Below, piece by piece: positions 20,706 through 29,648 of a stretch of 64,000 bases of DNA (position 1 is its first letter; every line of letters begins with the position of its first letter). Origin of the DNA: Candidatus Dadabacteria bacterium (lineage in GTDB: Bacteria > Desulfobacterota_D > UBA1144 > Nemesobacterales > CSP1-2); the NCBI GenBank assembly GCA_963805855.1, contig CAWDVW010000002.1:544001-608000 (forward strand). The letters run 5' to 3'. A model generated the notes under the pieces. The model worked only from the letters and a program-made list of their open reading frames with translations, had not been told where the DNA came from and ran no database searches. Both the position numbers and the translations under genes were made by a program.

Positions 20706-21703
20706 TTATTCCTAATATTAATTAGGTTGACAATAACCTTAATTATTGTTTCTTTCTCTTCGGGTTTACTGACCGCAATCATGAGTGTAAGAGCGACTAA
20801 TGCATTATCTGCAATACGCTTTGTACCATCATCTCTGTAAAGCAAGCCATTTTTTTCTAAGAACCAAATAAAGATAAAGGCGGCTATTCTCTTATTGCCA
20901 TCAACAAAAGAATGGTTTTTTACAATAAAATAAAGCAAATTAGCCGCTTTTTCTTCGATACTGGGATAGAGTTCGCGGCCATCAAAGGTTTGGTATATAG
21001 TGTCCAAAGAACTTCTGAAGGATTGATCTTTCTCTTTGCCAAATAGTTCGGATGCGCTGTAAGTTCCTCTTAGTCTATTTATTGCCTGGATCGCCTCTTC
21101 ATATTTAATACTGAATCTTTCTCTTCTTTCCGTATCCTTAATTTCCAGTTTTTGATGATCATATTTGTCTAATACGTCGAAGGCATAACTATAATCGTTA
21201 ATTAAATTTATGAGTGCTAAGGCCTCATCTGAACTCTAGTGCTTTTTGATCTGAAACAGTTCCTATAAGTCTTATTGTATTTTTTAAGTCTTCTAATTGA
21301 CTTTCCTTTTCTCTCAGCCGTCTTTCGTTTAATGAATAGCCCTTAACGAGATGGTCTCTTAACACATTTGTTGTCCAGATTCGAAATTGAGTACCTCGTT
21401 GGGATTTTACTCTGTAACCTACGGAAATTATTACATCTAAGTTGTAATGAATCTATATCTCTCTTTATTGTTCTTCCACCTTCTCTTTGAACTGTTGCAA
21501 ATTTTGCAACAGTTGAACTTTGATCTAATTCTCCCTCCGCAAATATATTGCGAACATGTCTAGATACCACGGACTTATACTCTTTGAAATAACTCGACCA
21601 TCTGGCTAAGAGAAAGCCATGCAGTATCTTGCTGGAGATTAACTTCAAGCTTCGTTTCCCCATCTTCGGTTTGATATATAACTACCTCAGATTTATTTTC
21701 CAT
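20702..21703 (-). pseudogene. RhuM-family/Fic-Doc fusion, interrupted by about 3 single-base frameshifts (real or sequencing error)
   Basis: Frames join into MENKSEVVIYQTEDG...WLSLSQMVELF / SVVSRHVRNIFAEGEL..STVAKFATVQ / YNLDVIISVGYRVKSQRGTQFRIW / ...YPSIEEKAANLLYFIVKNHSFVDGNKRIA. Shifts near 21578, 21451 and 21236. Confidence 0.85.
21490..21514. repeat. Perfect intragenic palindrome (12-bp arms plus 1 nt) in rhuM
   Basis: AACTGTTGCAAA-T-TTTGCAACAGTT. Confidence 0.9.
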
Positions 21704-21717
21704 GGTTGAATATTCTT

Positions 21718-21854
21718 TCAACTATCGAAAAATACGCGACAGTTGAGTTTATTTCAGTTATTGCAAAATTTGCAACAGTTGGATCTTTCCGAGTTGTTCG
21801 ATATCTTCGAACAGTTCAATTCGTTCACTTGTCTGGAAATTCCGGACAACTCAT
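21718..21854. repeat. Array of four variant 25-bp palindromes at 36/36/35-bp period upstream of rhuM-fic
   Basis: Cores at 21720-21744, 21756-21780, 21792-21816 and 21827-21851, all alignable to the intragenic palindrome. Confidence 0.85.
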
Positions 21855-22229
21855 TTTGTTGAGATATTTTTCCTAACTTCCTATTTTGGGATAAGCGTCA
21901 AAAGTTATTCAAATATTATAATATTTGAGCGTGCTTTGTGCTAGTTTTTGAAATTTAGCGTCCCTATTGGATACAGTCCTGCAAAATCTGTCGCTGTATC
22001 TCCCTTCTATTATAGAAGCAGTTTCTCTTGAGAAGTATATTTAGAGCTTAATGTTTTACTCGTCCGTGAACTATTACATATAAGATGTATGATTCGGAAC
22101 GAAACAAAATTACAAGAAGTAAGTGAACGTAATGGCCTTATCGTTTTTGATATAATTGGCACCAATACCAAAACATTCCTTAGTGACAATTCGACCAGGT
22201 TATTTGATACATTAAAAAGGGATTATTTG

Positions 22230-22410
22230 GCCTTCCAAAAATTGCGTCAAGAAAATGAAAATTGCGATTGTCATTTCGACCACAAGGAGAAATCTTTCCT
22301 TTCTCTTTGTTTCCTGACTTAACTACTAGATCTCTCACATCCGTTCGAGATGACAGCGTTTGGACAGCCTTGATTTTTGCTTCTTTGTATCAAGACAAAG
22401 AAGTCAAAAA
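22230..22410 (+). repeat. Degenerate copy of the ~230-bp MITE/REP-like element
   Basis: Shares TGTCAT...ATGACA hairpin and GCCTTGATTTTTGCTTCTTTGTATCAAGACAAAGAA end with the 32728 copy. Confidence 0.5.
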
Positions 22411-22446
22411 GAAGAGTAAGATAAATAGACAAAAAACGATGTCAAT

Positions 22447-23652
22447 TTATTGATAGGCTTCGATCATACTCTTAAGGATCGTTCCGGAAGATGAATTCTT
22501 AATCTTCTCAAGTGCGCTTTTCTCAATCTGCCTTATCCGTTCCCTAGTGAGGCTGAATCTTTTCCCAACCTCGTCCAGCGTTAAGGCGTTTTCATACCCA
22601 ATCCCAAATCTCATTTTAACCACCTCTCGTTCCCTGGTATTCAGCTCTGAGAGGGCGGCCTCTAGGCTTTTTGGGAGCGATGCAGCCGTAATTAGAGAAT
22701 CCGCAGGTACTGATTTTGGATCTGCAAAGACATCGATAAAGCTCATGTTTTGCCCTTGGAGGGTTGTGTCGAGGCTCAATACCTTATCGTTATCCCCAAG
22801 AACCCAGCTAATATTCGCCTCAGACATCTTCGCTTTATCGGCCACCTCCTTATTCAGAGGCCGTCTCCCCATCTCTTTCGCAAGATCATTCCGTATTCTC
22901 CTGATCTTACTTGATTTTTCAAGCACATACGCAGGCACGCGTACGGTTTTTCCGTGAGTAAATGAAGCCCTTAAAATAGATTGGGTTATCCACCAACTGG
23001 CATATGTAGAGAACCTGTAGCCTCTCTTGTAATCAAATTTCTCGACAGCCTTTATCAACCCCAAATTTCCCTCTTGCAGAAGATCCAAATAGGGTATCCC
23101 CCTTCCAATATATTTTCTGGCGATGCTTGCAACGAGCCTCAAATTGGATTTGATAAATCGGTTTCTCAGCTCCGTCGCCTTTAGATTATTTGCTTCCAGA
23201 AGGTTGAAGAGTCTTTCCAGACGTTTAGCTAATTTCTCATTTTCATCTATCCTGCTTCTATTATTCAGCATATTACGTAATTCACGTATAGCCCGGTCTC
23301 CATTATTACCGAGTCTTCGGCCTATAATCCCCTCGATTGTCTTAAGAATCTTCTCCGACCTTGATTCACATCTTTCGATTTTTGAGGCAATTTCAATCTC
23401 CTCACTAGGTTTGAGGAGTGGTTCTAAACCGACTTCTTTAAAATATGAATTAACTAACCTCAAATCCTGATCCTGAACCTGTTTCTTACTGGTTGTGCTT
23501 TCGCTTTCCGAAATTCCATCGGTTCCCTGATGAGAAATCTCCTCATTCCCATCATCGGAATCCACATCTGAAGGCAACCCGGCGACAGTCTCAGTGTCCA
23601 CCGTGCTGTAATCAACTGTTAAATAGTAATTTTTTGTCTTTTCCATAATCAT
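22447..23652 (-). CDS. RNA polymerase sigma70 factor, RpoD/RpoS-like (probably non-primary)
   Basis: NLRLVASIA, DLLQEGNLGLIKAVEKFD, RFSTYASWWI and LTRERIRQIE; no obvious region 1.1. Confidence 0.88.
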   Translation of the reverse strand: MIMEKTKNYYLTVDYSTVDTETVAGLPSDVDSDDGNEEISHQGTDGISESESTTSKKQVQDQDLRLVNSYFKEVGLEPLLKPSEEIEIASKIERCESRSEKILKTIEGIIGRRLGNNGDRAIRELRNMLNNRSRIDENEKLAKRLERLFNLLEANNLKATELRNRFIKSNLRLVASIARKYIGRGIPYLDLLQEGNLGLIKAVEKFDYKRGYRFSTYASWWITQSILRASFTHGKTVRVPAYVLEKSSKIRRIRNDLAKEMGRRPLNKEVADKAKMSEANISWVLGDNDKVLSLDTTLQGQNMSFIDVFADPKSVPADSLITAASLPKSLEAALSELNTREREVVKMRFGIGYENALTLDEVGKRFSLTRERIRQIEKSALEKIKNSSSGTILKSMIEAYQ

Positions 23653-23978
23653 CTTCTCTCTAATGACTTATGATGTAATATTGAGGTATTGGATGCAGGA
23701 ATATTGAAAACCCTTCTAGCTTCATTAAACCATAAAAATTTCTTAAAGTTTCAATTACACGTCTTTAGAACCTGAATTAATCTTTCAATTTTATGACTGA
23801 ATTACTGTTCTCTAGGCTGAACGCTAATGAAGATATTGTGAGGATCAACACTACTAGATAGGAAAACTCTTTTGTTTTTAACCGGTTAGCAACACCGGAC
23901 TAACCCGTGACCGCGATCAAGATGACACAATCTTGGGTATCGGGTTCCAATTCAGCGTGGAATTATTAGATGAATATA

Positions 23979-24761
23979 TTACTGGATGGTGGTCCTTTCC
24001 GGATCACCAGAAGCTTTACGCCTTATATCATCCCATTTTTGGGTTAACATATTAAGCCTCGAATCAGCATCCGCGATCTTCCCCCCTCTCAAGAGTGTTA
24101 ATACCTCCCACAGATCCTTCACCGAATTCTCATTACGTATTGTATAAGGATGAATGAAAGAACATAGTTCTCCATAATTAAGAACCACAGATCCGGAAGG
24201 GTCAAATCCGGATAGAAGTGAATAGACCTTCCTCATACCTGCCCTAATATCGGCCAATTTATTTGATAATTGAGAACTTGACTCGTGCTTGTCTATGACA
24301 GAGCCTATAACCTTTTCTGCTTCTTTCAGTCTCCCGAGGCCTGCGTCAAGTTTAGTATCGTAGCTTATCGCATTGAATCCCCAATGTGTATAGAGGATTT
24401 TTCGCTCCTCTTCCCGAAATATAACAAACCAGTGAAGTGGGATAATATTTTCAGAAACGAAGATATGCGACTGACCCTTCGACCCTAAAGGCGCAATATA
24501 ATATCTCCCACTTTCGTCCTTCATGAAAAAACAATCTTCTATCTGGTCCTCCAACATATCAAGATTTGATGAAATTGCCTTTCTGAAGCTCTCGTACTCA
24601 TTTCCAAACCAAACCCCGAAAGGTGACGTCGGTCCGCCCCAATACTTTTCGTAAAAATCTATGTATGAAAGCCAGTAGTCGCTTTTATCTCCAAAATTCT
24701 CGACAGCTTCATACAGTATCAATGTGCTGTTTGCCATCGATATTAATATATCAAATCTCAC
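23979..24761 (-). CDS. Hypothetical protein
   Basis: 260-aa uninterrupted ORF; start may be the ATG at 24737. Confidence 0.65.
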   Translation of the reverse strand: MRFDILISMANSTLILYEAVENFGDKSDYWLSYIDFYEKYWGGPTSPFGVWFGNEYESFRKAISSNLDMLEDQIEDCFFMKDESGRYYIAPLGSKGQSHIFVSENIIPLHWFVIFREEERKILYTHWGFNAISYDTKLDAGLGRLKEAEKVIGSVIDKHESSSQLSNKLADIRAGMRKVYSLLSGFDPSGSVVLNYGELCSFIHPYTIRNENSVKDLWEVLTLLRGGKIADADSRLNMLTQKWDDIRRKASGDPERTTIQ

Positions 24762-24896
24762 AGAAAAACATAATATCTATGCCAAAATATATGTTTAATA
24801 CAGTTATCCTTCAAACAGGACAATTCCAGAAGCCGGCCGATCGTGAATGAAAGAAACCAATTGACAAGCACTTAACAAAAGTCGTAATATCATGGG

Positions 24897-25616
24897 GTGG
24901 CCGAATTGACTCTCGAGAAATTGATTAAAAAGGCAAAAAGGAAAAAGATTGACTTGGGGCCGGACCCAGCAAAGACGATAAGGGTTTGCGTGAAGCTCGG
25001 GCTTATTTCAAAACCCAAGAGACGGATTTCAAGAATAAACAACGGCAAAAAAACCACATATTATTACCCCGACAATACTCTAGATAAATTAGAACATATA
25101 AAGGCCCTCAAATCAGAAGGCATCTCTCTGGAAGAGATCAGAGAAAGCTTTGCCCTTGTGTACGTTCAAACCGCTCTTCATGATCTTATCCGCCAGGCTG
25201 ATGATGAAAAAATCGGACAACTTGCTCAAATAATCGGAAGCAAGGATAAGGAACTAGAGGCCATAGTACAGGCGCCGCTTATCTATGTAATAGAGGGTAT
25301 GTCCCAGGAAGAAGCAAAAAAGATTCTTACCCTATTCTGCGGAGTAGGTTTTTATGCGCTTCTGGAGGCCGAGGAGGAATTGGAAAAACTGAAGTTTAAC
25401 GAAGCCAGGAAAGCACTATCCAAAGCGATTTTTTATAATTCTATCGCAGTATTAAGACTGGCACGCACTACAGGTGACACAAAGCTGGAAGCTTCAGCCA
25501 CAGATGTTTATGAAAAGGTTGTTCTTGAACCAATCAGAAAGGCGACTGAGAATGTTAGGAAAGAATTCAAAAAATCGATCGATAAGTATCTGAGGGAAAA
25601 GGGGTTAAAGATTTAA
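24897..25616 (+). CDS. MerR-like HTH protein with unknown helical C-terminus
   Basis: KTIR...GLI.KP.R...YY...L..I..LK.EG.SLEEIRE matches the MerR HTH pattern. Confidence 0.65.
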   Translation: MAELTLEKLIKKAKRKKIDLGPDPAKTIRVCVKLGLISKPKRRISRINNGKKTTYYYPDNTLDKLEHIKALKSEGISLEEIRESFALVYVQTALHDLIRQADDEKIGQLAQIIGSKDKELEAIVQAPLIYVIEGMSQEEAKKILTLFCGVGFYALLEAEEELEKLKFNEARKALSKAIFYNSIAVLRLARTTGDTKLEASATDVYEKVVLEPIRKATENVRKEFKKSIDKYLREKGLKI

Positions 25617-25658
25617 CCCACCGGAATAGAGAAGGATTTTCCCAATTACCATGTAAAC

Positions 25659-25910
25659 TTACAACCGCTTACCGATGCACTCCGCTATGCTATCTATGTT
25701 TTCAAGAAGGCTCTGATTAATATCTTCCTCGTCAATACTTATTTTAAACTCGGATTCCAATGCCACAATCAGTTCCAAAGTGGCTACCGAATCAACACCA
25801 ACACCCAGCTCTATTAGAGGGGTATCATCCTTAATTTCTGACGGATCAACTTCGGATAACATTTTTTCAATCAATACTTTCCTGATTCTACTATTTACAG
25901 TCTCTTTCAT
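25659..25910 (-). CDS. Acyl carrier protein
   Basis: 83-aa acidic protein with GVDSV phosphopantetheine motif. Confidence 0.85.
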   Translation of the reverse strand: MKETVNSRIRKVLIEKMLSEVDPSEIKDDTPLIELGVGVDSVATLELIVALESEFKISIDEEDINQSLLENIDSIAECIGKRL

Positions 25911-25959
25911 TGTATCAAGCCTTAAAAGCTACCATCAAACACTCTTACTTGGAATACAC

Positions 25960-27432
25960 CTACTTTAACAACTCAATAACCACTTTACCCGTCGGGCCCC
26001 TAGGTATCGTTTGTCTGAATTCAATTTTGCTTGGAATCTTAAAATCAGCAATTTTGCCCCGACAAAATTCATAAATCTCCTTGGCTGTTAAATCGGCCTT
26101 TGGAACTATTACCGCCTTTACCACCTCATTCCCCTCACTATCACTCACACCGAAAACCACCACTTCCTTTACCTTCGAATGGCCTGAAATTTGATGTTCA
26201 ACCTCCCTTGGATTCACCTTATTTCCACTGATATTTATAAACATCTTTTTTCTGCCCACAATTCTGATATATCCATCTTTATCCATAGTTCCCAAATCAC
26301 CGGTATGATAATATCCATTCCTAAACACGCTCATTGTATCCTGCGGAAGGTTCTTATAACCACTAATCATTGAACTACTCTTAACAGCTATTTCCCCCTC
26401 CTCGCCCGCTCCAACTACCGAACCATCTTCCCTAACAATCTGAACGTCCACATTTTTTACCGGTCTCCCAACTGAATCAAAGTTAACTTCAATATCCTGC
26501 GATAGATTTATGGCAATCACACCTGTCTCGGTTGACCCATACAGTTGCCTTGGATAAATTCCAAATTTTTCATGGAATCGATAGAAAACTTCTTTTGATA
26601 GTGGAGAACCGGCGGAAATGACCAATTTGAGAGACGAAAAATCTCTGGGCTTTGGAAGATAGGTTTTCGCTAATACATCGAGCATAAACGGGACTGCCGG
26701 GAAAATAGTTATTGCTTCACCTTCGATCATATCAATGACCCTATTCCTGTTGAAAGAGCTCAAAACATAAAGGGTAGCACCAACCTTTATACCACTGATA
26801 AAATTTCCAAGCGCGTACGTATGCGAAAGTGGAACGACGAATAGTATCTTATCATCCTCTGCCCAACCGACGGTCTGAGTATGATTTTCAGCAAGAGCAT
26901 TAAGATTCAGATGACTCCTTGCCACACACTTGGGTTTAGCGGTGGTACCGGTTGAATAGAGATAAATTGCCTCATCATCGGGTATTAGGTCATGTTTGAT
27001 CTTACTTGAAACTCCATTACTGCAATATGAATAGTCTGTTATGGCCCCTCTTATGACCAATACGGATGCGCCGGCCTCATCGGCAGATTTTTCGGCCATA
27101 GGTCTTAACGTTTCTTCAGTAAGTATAATGCGCGGGGCAGAGTCTGAGATATAATATTCAAGTTCTGTTTCCTTATAGGCGGTATTTAAGGGAACTGAAA
27201 TAGCACCAATTTCAAGCACACTAAAGAAGCTAGTTATGAACTCAAGCGAGTTAGGTAGTAAAATCGCAACCCTGTCACCATGACCAACCCCCTTTGATAC
27301 AAGAAACGAGCTTAGATCTTGTACCATAGATAAAAGGGTCCCATAGGTAATCCTTTTTTGTCCGTCTACAACCGCAATTCCTTCGGAATTCGCCTTTGCT
27401 GAATGTTTAAACAAATCTGGAACTACTTTCAT
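25960..27432 (-). CDS. AMP-dependent acyl-CoA/acyl-ACP ligase (class I adenylate-forming)
   Basis: YSTGTTAKPK, YGSTE, YHTGDLG, GRKK and GPTGK motifs. Confidence 0.9.
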   Translation of the reverse strand: MKVVPDLFKHSAKANSEGIAVVDGQKRITYGTLLSMVQDLSSFLVSKGVGHGDRVAILLPNSLEFITSFFSVLEIGAISVPLNTAYKETELEYYISDSAPRIILTEETLRPMAEKSADEAGASVLVIRGAITDYSYCSNGVSSKIKHDLIPDDEAIYLYSTGTTAKPKCVARSHLNLNALAENHTQTVGWAEDDKILFVVPLSHTYALGNFISGIKVGATLYVLSSFNRNRVIDMIEGEAITIFPAVPFMLDVLAKTYLPKPRDFSSLKLVISAGSPLSKEVFYRFHEKFGIYPRQLYGSTETGVIAINLSQDIEVNFDSVGRPVKNVDVQIVREDGSVVGAGEEGEIAVKSSSMISGYKNLPQDTMSVFRNGYYHTGDLGTMDKDGYIRIVGRKKMFINISGNKVNPREVEHQISGHSKVKEVVVFGVSDSEGNEVVKAVIVPKADLTAKEIYEFCRGKIADFKIPSKIEFRQTIPRGPTGKVVIELLK

Positions 27433-27447
27433 TCTGAATTTCCTATT

Positions 27448-28485
27448 CTAGGGATACATACATGGAATAGTTAAACCCTCTTCTTCTGGATAACCAAACA
27501 TGATGTTCATGTTTTGTATTGCCTGTCCGGCTGCCCCTTTCCCCAGGTTATCAAGTGCTGTAATGGTTATGCATACATCATCTTGAAATCCAATCCCGAT
27601 ATCACAAAAATTCGTAAACCTCACGTTCTTTAAAGAAGGGTATTTCCCCAAACTACATAATCGTATGAAAGAGCTTTCCGCATAGTATGCGAGATACACG
27701 TTCCATAAACGCTCCAAATCCATGGGCTCTATAAGCTCAGAGTAAATCGTCGTTAGGATTCCACGGTTAACCGGAATCCTATGGGGAACAAATGTTAGGC
27801 TTACCGGGCTTCCACTCAAAACTGAGAGCTGTTTTTCCATTTCGGGCTTTTGATCATTTTTATCGATACCAAAAGCTACAACGGTTTCATTTGCTTCCGA
27901 GAAATGACGCTCAAGAACAGGCGCTCGACCGCCACCAGCAAGACCCACCTTGGAATCGATTCTTATTGAACCATCCTCTAAGAGTGCATTAACCACGGCG
28001 GGTGCCAATCCGTATAGGACGCTGGTTGAATAGCAACCGGGGTTTGCAACGAGAATAGCATCTCTTATCTTGCCTTTATAAATTTCCGGAAGGCCATACA
28101 CGGCACTCTGTAGCAAATCTTTACATGAATGATCTACCTTGTATAAGATCTTGTAGTCCTCGTAATCACTAAACCTGAAATCAGGACTCAAATCTATTAC
28201 CCGGGTGCCGTTCCGGATTAACCTTTCGACAAAATGCATCGATTTTCCGCCCGGAAGGCAACTAAAGGCCAAGTCAACATTCTCGAAGGATTTAAGCTTA
28301 GAAATACTCGAACATCTTATATCGATGAATTTGTTGAATTGAGGGAAAACTTCATAGATTTTCTTGCCTGAAAATTTCTCAGATGTCAGCCAGACTATCT
28401 CAACATTTGGATGACGAATCAAAAGCCTGATTAGTTCTGCTCCGGTATAACCTGTGGCTCCCAAAATTCCAACTCTGGTCGTCAT
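27448..28485 (-). CDS. argC: N-acetyl-gamma-glutamyl-phosphate reductase
   Basis: GATGYTG, VYGLPE, ANPGCY and DNLGKGAAGQAIQNMN. Confidence 0.92.
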   Translation of the reverse strand: MTTRVGILGATGYTGAELIRLLIRHPNVEIVWLTSEKFSGKKIYEVFPQFNKFIDIRCSSISKLKSFENVDLAFSCLPGGKSMHFVERLIRNGTRVIDLSPDFRFSDYEDYKILYKVDHSCKDLLQSAVYGLPEIYKGKIRDAILVANPGCYSTSVLYGLAPAVVNALLEDGSIRIDSKVGLAGGGRAPVLERHFSEANETVVAFGIDKNDQKPEMEKQLSVLSGSPVSLTFVPHRIPVNRGILTTIYSELIEPMDLERLWNVYLAYYAESSFIRLCSLGKYPSLKNVRFTNFCDIGIGFQDDVCITITALDNLGKGAAGQAIQNMNIMFGYPEEEGLTIPCMYP

Positions 28486-28590
28486 CGATTCTGAGTTTGA
28501 CTAAATTTCGTAAAAATGCAAACGTATTTAGTAGTATGATTCATTCAACTAACATACAGAATATCAATAAGTGTGCCCACATTTACTAGC

Positions 28591-28620
28591 TTGACACATT
28601 TTCAAGGGCAATGATAATAT
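28591..28620 (+). promoter_or_regulatory. Putative sigma70 promoter
   Basis: TTGACA followed by GATAAT/TAATAT at 16-18 nt spacing, upstream of AGGAGG and the 28649 ATG. Confidence 0.5.
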
Positions 28621-28648
28621 TTCACGAGATTATTCAAGGAGGATAAGA

Positions 28649-29455
28649 ATGATTAAACAGTTAGGCAATTCGTATCTATTATCGATCTTAACGTTACTTT
28701 TTCTCGTATCTTTTGTGGGCTGTGAAAACGACGAAAGTAAGAAGATCGTAATCAAAGGAAACGTAGATAACACATCCGCGACCGTTGAAGCGATAGTGAA
28801 CGGACAGGTAGTGGACAGCGTTGACACAAATGTAAATGGCAATTACCGAGTAAGGGTTTCCAACAACGCTAACAGTGTTCAACTACGTTTTGTCACCGAC
28901 ACCTTTAATGTCGCTAGAGTGATTCAGCTTACGCCTGACAGCCAGGTGATCTTTGATGTATCCATCGACCCAGGGGTGATCACGATAAATAACTGGCAGG
29001 TTATTCAAGAGCGTTTGAAATTGTCTGGAAACGATACGATCACATATAATGAACCTGATGCCGATTTTTCAATCAATGGATCAGGTAAGGATTGCATACG
29101 ATTGAAAGGAAGCAGTGTGCTTGATATCTCAGCCAGAAACATAACAGTCGTCGATTGCGGGGAAGGTATTATCACCGAGGGCTCGTCCACATTGACGTTT
29201 GACACAGTAGAAGATATCAACATAACCGCGAGAAGCAACGGGATCAGGTCAAGAAATGATAGCTCCGTATTCCTCTCGTCGGACAACGGAATTTTCATCA
29301 GCTCAAATACAGACAACGGTATAAGGTCAGGCGGAACTTCAGAGGTAATACTCGACCCACAGGTAACCTGTACGATTTTTGGCTCAAGTAATGCAATAAA
29401 CGAGGGCTCTAGCGCACTCATAGATCCGGATGGCTGTGTTTTGATAAGTGGGTAA
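28649..29455 (+). CDS. Lipoprotein with beta-helix-like C-terminus
   Basis: FVGC lipobox; repeated I-x-S-x-x-N-G-I-R units. Confidence 0.65.
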   Translation: MIKQLGNSYLLSILTLLFLVSFVGCENDESKKIVIKGNVDNTSATVEAIVNGQVVDSVDTNVNGNYRVRVSNNANSVQLRFVTDTFNVARVIQLTPDSQVIFDVSIDPGVITINNWQVIQERLKLSGNDTITYNEPDADFSINGSGKDCIRLKGSSVLDISARNITVVDCGEGIITEGSSTLTFDTVEDINITARSNGIRSRNDSSVFLSSDNGIFISSNTDNGIRSGGTSEVILDPQVTCTIFGSSNAINEGSSALIDPDGCVLISG

Positions 29456-29648
29456 ATGCGACGACGATAGGCGGGGCTTTCTAACCCATTAATTAGCTTT
29501 AATTGCGGAAGTCGTCCTTCACTGGGGGGTTTTTCTCATTAACAAATTCTACCTTTCTGAGGCCTCCTCCTTAATACCTCTTTTGGGCAGATGTGATTTC
29601 AAATTATGGATTGAAAATCCATATATTAGTGTGCTATTGTTTGCTTAA

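Noticed and set aside
21718-21854. CRISPR array interpretation of the 36-bp periodic units
   Set aside because: The units vary internally, linkers are only about 10-11 bp, there is no repeat-spacer alternation and no cas genes are present.
21487-21854. Diversity-generating retroelement (TR/VR pair)
   Set aside because: Differences are not adenine-specific, the units are only about 30 bp, and no reverse transcriptase is in the window.
22089-22453. Short ORFs in repeat-rich intergenic DNA (also 2180-2652, 5050-5327, 32756-33237, 43742-43951)
   Set aside because: They are translations of REP/MITE-like repeats, with no RBS or recognisable domains.
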